DNA from: Spirochaetia bacterium
GTDB taxonomy: Bacteria > Spirochaetota > Spirochaetia > CADAEX01
Direction: 5' to 3'
DNA: 64,000 nucleotides
Assembly (NCBI GenBank): GCA_045606105.1
Contig: JAZURI010000002.1
Coordinates: forward strand, 224,001 to 288,000
The notes under the pieces are model-generated. The model saw only the letters and a program-made list of their open reading frames with translations, ran no database searches and had not been told where the DNA came from. The position numbers and the translations under genes were made by a program. This document shows positions 58,457 to 64,000 of the stretch, one piece after another (positions within the stretch are counted from its first letter, which is position 1; the number at the start of each line of letters is the position of its first letter).

Positions 58457-59242
58457 ATGACAAGAGAATCAATAGTAGAAGGAATTTTTTATCCGGCTGA
58501 CAGGGATGCACTTGAAAATGAAATAAAATCACTGCTGGAATCGGCGGCTGCAGCACCGGGAGAAGCGGCAGGGATACTGGTTCCCCATGCCGGTTACAGA
58601 TACACCGGAAAAACGGCGGCCGAGGCCTTCCGGGCCTGTTCTCTCAGAAAGGTGAACCTGGCCGTGGTTATTTCTCCTGTAACCAGAGACCCTGAAGATG
58701 GTATCTTTCTTTCCGATTACCGGTTTTTCGAAACTCCTCTGGGCAGAATCAAAACCGACACGGAATCAACCGAGGCCCTTCTTAAACGGGGAGGCCGTTT
58801 TGTAAAGGATAATTTTCCCTTCATGGAGGAGCACAGCATAGAGGTACAGCTTCCTTTCATACAGCACCTTTTTCCCGATGCCATGTTGCTGCCGGTACAT
58901 GTGGGCAGACAGAACAGCGGAACAATCAGACAGCTTATAAAGGGACTTCGGGAGCTTTTCGGAAAAAGAGAGGATATCCTTTATGTAGCTTCAGGCAATA
59001 TAAGCGGATACCTGCCTGAAAAAGGGGCACGGGAACAGGCTGAAGCCTTCAAGGAGCTTGTTTTGGAAAACAGCCATGAAAAGATAACGGAGCAGCTTCT
59101 GACAAGAAATATTCTCCCCTCCTGTACAGGGTGCATGGCTGCAGTCATGGCAATGTGCGGTAACAGAAACATTTCCATAGCGGCTGAAAACAATTCCGGA
59201 GATGATAAAAGGGTTTACTACGCAGCTGCTGTCCTGAACTGA
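58457..59242 (+). CDS. amrB: AmmeMemoRadiSam system protein B (MEMO-like)
   Basis: GIFYPAD, VPHAGY, ETPLG, EHSIEVQLPFIQ. Confidence 0.85.
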   Translation: MTRESIVEGIFYPADRDALENEIKSLLESAAAAPGEAAGILVPHAGYRYTGKTAAEAFRACSLRKVNLAVVISPVTRDPEDGIFLSDYRFFETPLGRIKTDTESTEALLKRGGRFVKDNFPFMEEHSIEVQLPFIQHLFPDAMLLPVHVGRQNSGTIRQLIKGLRELFGKREDILYVASGNISGYLPEKGAREQAEAFKELVLENSHEKITEQLLTRNILPSCTGCMAAVMAMCGNRNISIAAENNSGDDKRVYYAAAVLN

Positions 59243-60955
59243 TCAGATGCTGGAGAACTCAAAGCGATTGGTCCAGCTTTTTCCCGGACTTATAAGATCG
59301 GGACAACATACGGCATAGACAAGGGTGGCAACATATTTTCCGTCGGAGCTGAAGATATTCCGGTAAACGAAGCAGCAGCTTTTTTCAGATCTGATCCTGA
59401 TAGTCTTTTTTCTGTCACTGAACCTGATTTCCCGGTCTGTGATTACCGGCTCCGGTTTTTCGCTGTAATCTGTTATATTCAATGAAAAGTTAAAGCTGGT
59501 GGCAAAGCAGTTATCCATATCGATACCGCCTACATTGACCACCTCGTAGACCACCTCGATGAAATCATCATGGAAAAAATATGTCTTGTTCAGCTTTGTG
59601 GCAAAGCTTGGATTTTTTCTTCGGCAGGAAAGGGCTACCTTTTTCTTTTCCCTGTCATGACAGTCCACATCAAAGAGAGTATCCTCCATGGATTCCTGAA
59701 TATCCTCTTCCAGGGCGGCAGAGTCTCCAATGAAGCAGTTTCCCTTGAGGAAATAATCAATGAAAAGAGAGGTCCTTTCATTGGCCTTCACATGGCTGAC
59801 ATAATTCCAGGCCGGCTGGATATTATCATATTCGAAAACAGAGGCTCCCGTTCTCCTGAGATAGGCATTGTACTTAAACCCATGATACAGGTACTGGTCA
59901 AAGCCCTCAAGCCTGTAGTCGGTCTTTATAAGTGACGGACAGAAAACACCCTCTGTACGGGTCAGCTTTTCAGCCTCTATAAAGCTACTGTATGCAAGAC
60001 CGGTGGCAGGATGGGAAAAGAATGAGAAATACCCCTGCCCTTCCCACAGATGCTCCTGAGCCGATTTTTTCTTGTACTTGTCTCCCCTGATCTGGTTGAT
60101 GAGGGTCTGAACATAGGTCATCTTGGAATAGAGATTTGCCCCCTCCCTTGAATCCAGGAGATGTCTTTTTATCATGTTCCTGCACTGAAGGTATTCCTTG
60201 CAGATATCATACTCAGACCTGTTATATCTGGACGGGATGATGACATTGATTTTTCTGTTGGTGGAAATCTGATGGAAAAATTCCTTTACCCACGGAAACC
60301 CGATTCTGGAAAGCGATTCCCTGTTAAAAAATATGGAAACCACAGGATCGTTTCCCTTTACCTGCAGTATTTTCTGACAAAGCTCTGCCGGAGTCATTTC
60401 CGGAGCCTTATCAAGCATTCTGTCGGCAAGGGGAAAAACAGTAATTGTCTTGCCCTGATCCTCGGTGATGGAAACATGATATTCCGGCACCTTCTGGATG
60501 CTGGCCTCAATAAGATCTGACTTGTCTATAAACAGGTATTCGATATCCAGGTGCCTGAGACTGCTGACTACAGAGCTGTCCCAATGCCCCTCCTCAATCC
60601 TGCAGCCACGGGGTCTTTTTCCGAATTTCTGTCTGATTACCGTATTGAGTGCATCAATCTGCCCTATTCTGTCCTGAGGATGGATAAGGGAGAGACAAGG
60701 CTCGTAATAACCGCCGCTGATAAACTCAAACTGCTTTCTTTTTTTCTGCATTTCCAGAATAAAAACAGATATTTCGGGATGATTTTCATCAAACCAACTG
60801 TACCAGCGTCCTGAGAAATTGATTACAAAAGGGATATCGGGAAATTCATACAGAATTTCAAGAAAAGGAAGATAAACTGAAGAAAAATCAGAATCAAAAG
60901 AATTGCCGGAAAACGGCATAGGCGATTTTCCGGACAATCCCAATATAAGCTTCAA
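59243..60955 (-). CDS. GH57-like (alpha-amylase/4-alpha-glucanotransferase-like) protein, apparently degenerate
   Basis: YLPFL, NFSG, EFISGGYYEP, DRIGQI, FGKRPRG. Confidence 0.75.
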   Translation of the reverse strand: MKLILGLSGKSPMPFSGNSFDSDFSSVYLPFLEILYEFPDIPFVINFSGRWYSWFDENHPEISVFILEMQKKRKQFEFISGGYYEPCLSLIHPQDRIGQIDALNTVIRQKFGKRPRGCRIEEGHWDSSVVSSLRHLDIEYLFIDKSDLIEASIQKVPEYHVSITEDQGKTITVFPLADRMLDKAPEMTPAELCQKILQVKGNDPVVSIFFNRESLSRIGFPWVKEFFHQISTNRKINVIIPSRYNRSEYDICKEYLQCRNMIKRHLLDSREGANLYSKMTYVQTLINQIRGDKYKKKSAQEHLWEGQGYFSFFSHPATGLAYSSFIEAEKLTRTEGVFCPSLIKTDYRLEGFDQYLYHGFKYNAYLRRTGASVFEYDNIQPAWNYVSHVKANERTSLFIDYFLKGNCFIGDSAALEEDIQESMEDTLFDVDCHDREKKKVALSCRRKNPSFATKLNKTYFFHDDFIEVVYEVVNVGGIDMDNCFATSFNFSLNITDYSEKPEPVITDREIRFSDRKKTIRIRSEKSCCFVYRNIFSSDGKYVATLVYAVCCPDLISPGKSWTNRFEFSSI

Positions 60956-60974
60956 TCAAATACCCTGATAGAGA

Positions 60975-61787
60975 TTATTTTGAAGACTTTGTAAGTTCAA
61001 CAATACATTTTGAAGGACATGCTTCACAAGCTGCCTGTCTGTCACCTGTCTTGGTGTAGTCAATGGAAGCAAGGAACTTGTCAACAACAAATCCACCTTC
61101 TGGAGATTTCTTTTCACACATCTTACAGCCGATACAGCCCACTTTACAAGCCTTCTTTACAGCTGCACCCTTGTCATGTGAGTTACATGCAACGATGTGG
61201 GATGCGGAATAAGGAATCATCTTCATTACCTTTGTAGGACAAACCTTTACACAGTTGCCGCAGGAGATACACTTATCCTTGTCAACAACCATTACACCGT
61301 TTTCACCCTTGGTAATAGCATCTGCAGGACAAACCTTTGCACAGCTTCCCAGACCGAGACATCCGTATTTACATACCTTGTATCCCTGGAACATGGCAAA
61401 AGCGGCATTACAGTCTGTAAGACCCTGATAGTTCATTGCTACTGTTGCATTGTCTGTTCCGCCCTGGCAATGTACATGAGCAACCATTTTCTCTGCATTG
61501 AGGTCGATGGCTACACCCATTACCTCGGCAATCTTTGATGCAGAACCAATACCGCCCGGACCGCACTTGTTTACTTCTGTAACGCTTCCGTTGAAGATTG
61601 CTTCAGCATAACCGGAACAACCCGCAAAACCACAGGCACCGCAGTTATAACCAGGCAGAGCTGCCTCGATTGCACAAAGTTTTTCGTTTTTCTTTACTGA
61701 AAGATATTTTGATGCCACCGCAAGTCCGATACCGAAAACCAGACCCATTACTGTAACGATGACACAAGCTGATATAATACCTGACAT
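60975..61787 (-). CDS. rnfB: Rnf complex subunit B
   Basis: LPGYNCGACGFAGC plus several ferredoxin Cys motifs. Confidence 0.94.
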   Translation of the reverse strand: MSGIISACVIVTVMGLVFGIGLAVASKYLSVKKNEKLCAIEAALPGYNCGACGFAGCSGYAEAIFNGSVTEVNKCGPGGIGSASKIAEVMGVAIDLNAEKMVAHVHCQGGTDNATVAMNYQGLTDCNAAFAMFQGYKVCKYGCLGLGSCAKVCPADAITKGENGVMVVDKDKCISCGNCVKVCPTKVMKMIPYSASHIVACNSHDKGAAVKKACKVGCIGCKMCEKKSPEGGFVVDKFLASIDYTKTGDRQAACEACPSKCIVELTKSSK

Positions 61788-61798
61788 ATAATCCCCGC

Positions 61799-62389
61799 TT
61801 ATCCTAAAAGATTTTTGATCAATGCTTTGTCAAAAGCCATGAATGCCAATGCCATAAGACCTGCAGTGATGAATGCAATAGGCACACCCTTGAAGAACTT
61901 AGGAACTTCGATGTCCTCAAGTCTTTCTCTGATAGCTGACATAAGAACGATTACCAGGAGGAAACCGAGACCTGCTGCCAGACCTGCAACAAAGCTTTCA
62001 AGTGCATTGTAGTTGCTTCTTACTGCAATAATGGCAATACCGAGTACAGCACAGTTGGTTGTGATAAGTGGAAGGAAGATACCCAGAGACTTGTAAAGTG
62101 ATGGGGAAACCTTCTGTACCAGCATTTCTACAAACTGAACAAGAGCAGCAATTACAAGGATGAATGTAATTGTCTGGAGATATGTCAGTCCGAAAGGAAC
62201 CAGGAAGAATGTCTGCACACACCATGTTACCAGGGAAGCGATTGTTGTTACGAATGTAACTGCGAATCCCATACCAACGGCAGATTCAATGTTCTTTGAA
62301 ACACCGATAAAAGGACACATACCCATGAACTGGGTCATGATCAGGTTACTTATGAAGATATAAGTAATAAGTATAGTAATATAAGTCAT
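61799..62389 (-). CDS. rnfA: Rnf complex subunit A
   Basis: FMGMCPFIGVS, LGIFLPLITTNCAVLG. Confidence 0.95.
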   Translation of the reverse strand: MTYITILITYIFISNLIMTQFMGMCPFIGVSKNIESAVGMGFAVTFVTTIASLVTWCVQTFFLVPFGLTYLQTITFILVIAALVQFVEMLVQKVSPSLYKSLGIFLPLITTNCAVLGIAIIAVRSNYNALESFVAGLAAGLGFLLVIVLMSAIRERLEDIEVPKFFKGVPIAFITAGLMALAFMAFDKALIKNLLG

Positions 62390-62404
62390 AATCCTACCAA
62401 CTCC

Positions 62405-63001
62405 TTATTTTCTTGATGTGTACCAGTTGAAGAAAGCCTTCAGGTAACCGAGAACAAAAAGTGCTCCGGCTGCAAAACCGATAACTCTGGCAGGTGCAAG
62501 TGCAATACCTGGAACTGTGATTACACAACCCGGAAGAGTGATTGTTCCCGCACCGAGAACCTCTCTTACAAGTGCGATAAGGAGGAGACCCAGTGTAAAA
62601 CCGATTCCCATTCCGAGAGCATCAAGAATTGAAGGAAGAACCTTGTTCTTGTTTGCAAATGCTTCCGCACGTCCGAGGATAACACAGTTTACTACGATAA
62701 GAGGTACGAATACACCGAGAGCTCCGTAAAGAGCAGGTGCATAAGCCTGCATCATCATTTCAACTACTGTTACGAAAGATGCAATTATGACAATATAAGC
62801 CGGAATTCTGACTGTGTCAGGAATAAAGTTCTTCAGGAGTGAAACAATGATGTTTGAACAAACCAGTACGAAAATTACTCCGGCACCCATACCCAGGGCA
62901 TTGATAACCATTGTAGATGTACCCAGAGCAGGACAGAGTCCCAGGGCAATTATAAAAATTGGGTTTTCCTTGAAAATACCCTTTGTAAATTCCTTGATCA
63001 C
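62405..63001 (-). CDS. rnfE: Rnf complex subunit E
   Basis: ENPIF, LGLCPAL, VRIP, PLIVVNCVILGRAEAFA. Confidence 0.95.
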   Translation of the reverse strand: MIKEFTKGIFKENPIFIIALGLCPALGTSTMVINALGMGAGVIFVLVCSNIIVSLLKNFIPDTVRIPAYIVIIASFVTVVEMMMQAYAPALYGALGVFVPLIVVNCVILGRAEAFANKNKVLPSILDALGMGIGFTLGLLLIALVREVLGAGTITLPGCVITVPGIALAPARVIGFAAGALFVLGYLKAFFNWYTSRK

Positions 63002-63558
63002 TTCTGACCTCCCAATTTCTTGACATATTCGCTTCCGTTTTCAAGGGCCTTACCGATTCCTACGAATGTGATTGTTGCACCACCGATGATATCTGCATCA
63101 GCCTGCTGAAGCATGCCTTTCTTTGTAGGAATAGGAGATTTTGCTCCGAATCCCTTGTATTTTTCCATATACCAGTCTTCTTCGGCTCTTTTTCCGAGAC
63201 CAGGAGTTTCTGTATTGTCCATAAGCTTGGCATCAATAAGCTCTCCGTCTGTCTTGAAGTTGGCAAGGATAATCATGTTACCTGCATAACCTTCACCGTT
63301 CAGTGAAAGAATGTAGTTTGCAACCTTTCCGTTGTCTGTTACAGGATGGTAATAGTTAACCAGTCCGTCGTTTACAGCAACCTGATCACCGATTGTTCCG
63401 GCCTTGTTGATAACTGCAAGGGCGTTGAGCACGGCCTGTCTCTTGGATTCCTGAATCTTTGGATATGTAATGTTGTTTACGAGAGCAAGTGATGCTGCCG
63501 CAAAGAGACAGATTACACAAAGCTTTACACCGATAATGATAATCTGTTTTTTACTCAT
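62998..63558 (-). CDS. rnfG: Rnf complex subunit G
   Basis: N-terminal TM, GYAG, ETPGLG, GATIT flavinylation motif. Confidence 0.92.
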   Translation of the reverse strand: MSKKQIIIIGVKLCVICLFAAASLALVNNITYPKIQESKRQAVLNALAVINKAGTIGDQVAVNDGLVNYYHPVTDNGKVANYILSLNGEGYAGNMIILANFKTDGELIDAKLMDNTETPGLGKRAEEDWYMEKYKGFGAKSPIPTKKGMLQQADADIIGGATITFVGIGKALENGSEYVKKLGGQK

Positions 63559-64000
63559 TTCTTTGCCCCCTTCTTAACAGGTTCTACTCCGAAAACCTTT
63601 GTCTTGCTGTATTTGTCGATAAGAGGAACAGCGATGTTCATGAGAACGATTGCAAGGGAAACACCTTCCGGGAATGATCCGTAGAATCTGATGAGGAATG
63701 TAAGGAAACCGCATCCGATACCGAAAATGATCTGACCCTTTGTTGAAAGAGGAGATGTTACCATATCTGTAGCCATGAAGATGGCACCGAGCATGAGACC
63801 GCCTGCGAAGAGGTGGAATGCAATGTCACCTGTGAAAAGGCTTCCTGTGAACTTGAGTCCGCCGAAGATCCATACGAGGATTGCGAAGGAACCGATATAT
63901 GCAACAGGAATTTCCCATGTGATAACCTTTCTGTAAAGGAGGTAGATACCGCCGAGAATAAGGAGAAGTGCAGAAACCTCACCGATACATCCTGAAACAT
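63555..64000 (-). CDS. rnfD: Rnf complex subunit D, C-terminal part (5' end off the window)
   Basis: GCIGEVSA...GGLMLGAIFMATDMVTSP...PEGVSLAIVLMN; the frame is open to the window edge. Confidence 0.92.
   Translation of the reverse strand, partial: VSGCIGEVSALLLILGGIYLLYRKVITWEIPVAYIGSFAILVWIFGGLKFTGSLFTGDIAFHLFAGGLMLGAIFMATDMVTSPLSTKGQIIFGIGCGFLTFLIRFYGSFPEGVSLAIVLMNIAVPLIDKYSKTKVFGVEPVKKGAKK

Noticed and set aside
1-64000. CRISPR arrays, IS elements, prophage genes, rRNA
   Set aside because: No regularly spaced direct repeats, transposase, integrase or phage motifs, or rRNA-like sequence seen by eye.

Overview
A gene-dense chromosomal window, most likely from a spirochaete. This is inferred from gene orders such as spoVG-tRNA-Gln-rplY-pth-tilS-ftsH, rplU-rpmA-obgE-nadD-yqeK-LCP-rsfS and tandem lepB-hemW. 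Most genes are housekeeping: valS-proS-proC-proA-proB followed by a partial membrane PP2C/SpoIIE phosphatase, fumC, rsmE, smpB, hisC, hisD, PBP1A, glpX, lepA, ftsH, purU, pepT, folC, an NFACT/RqcH protein and rnf(D)GEAB. An accessory stretch at about 11.7-20.7 kb holds an amino-acid symporter, a frameshifted MATE, a B12-radical SAM protein, a macrodomain-HTH gene, a flavodoxin-ferredoxin, a vWA gene and a DUF3793-like gene. I saw no CRISPR array, transposase, integrase or rRNA. The most interesting unexplained signals are five. (1) An ORF-less small RNA of about 130 nt (about 34435-34564) has its own promoter and terminator, and its terminator loop is complementary to the RBS and start codon of the adjacent mini-ParB gene, which has a C-terminal amphipathic helix. 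(2) A macrodomain-HTH/vWA module has a palindromic operator at an activator-like position and a 12-bp hairpin that would hide the vWA RBS in read-through transcripts. (3) At least eight genes appear to be leaderless. (4) A very acidic 84-aa protein is transcribed divergently from spoVG. (5) A monocistronic 64-aa basic Zn-ribbon protein looks like a lineage-specific ribosomal protein. All calls come from reading the sequence and recognising motifs; no database searches were run.
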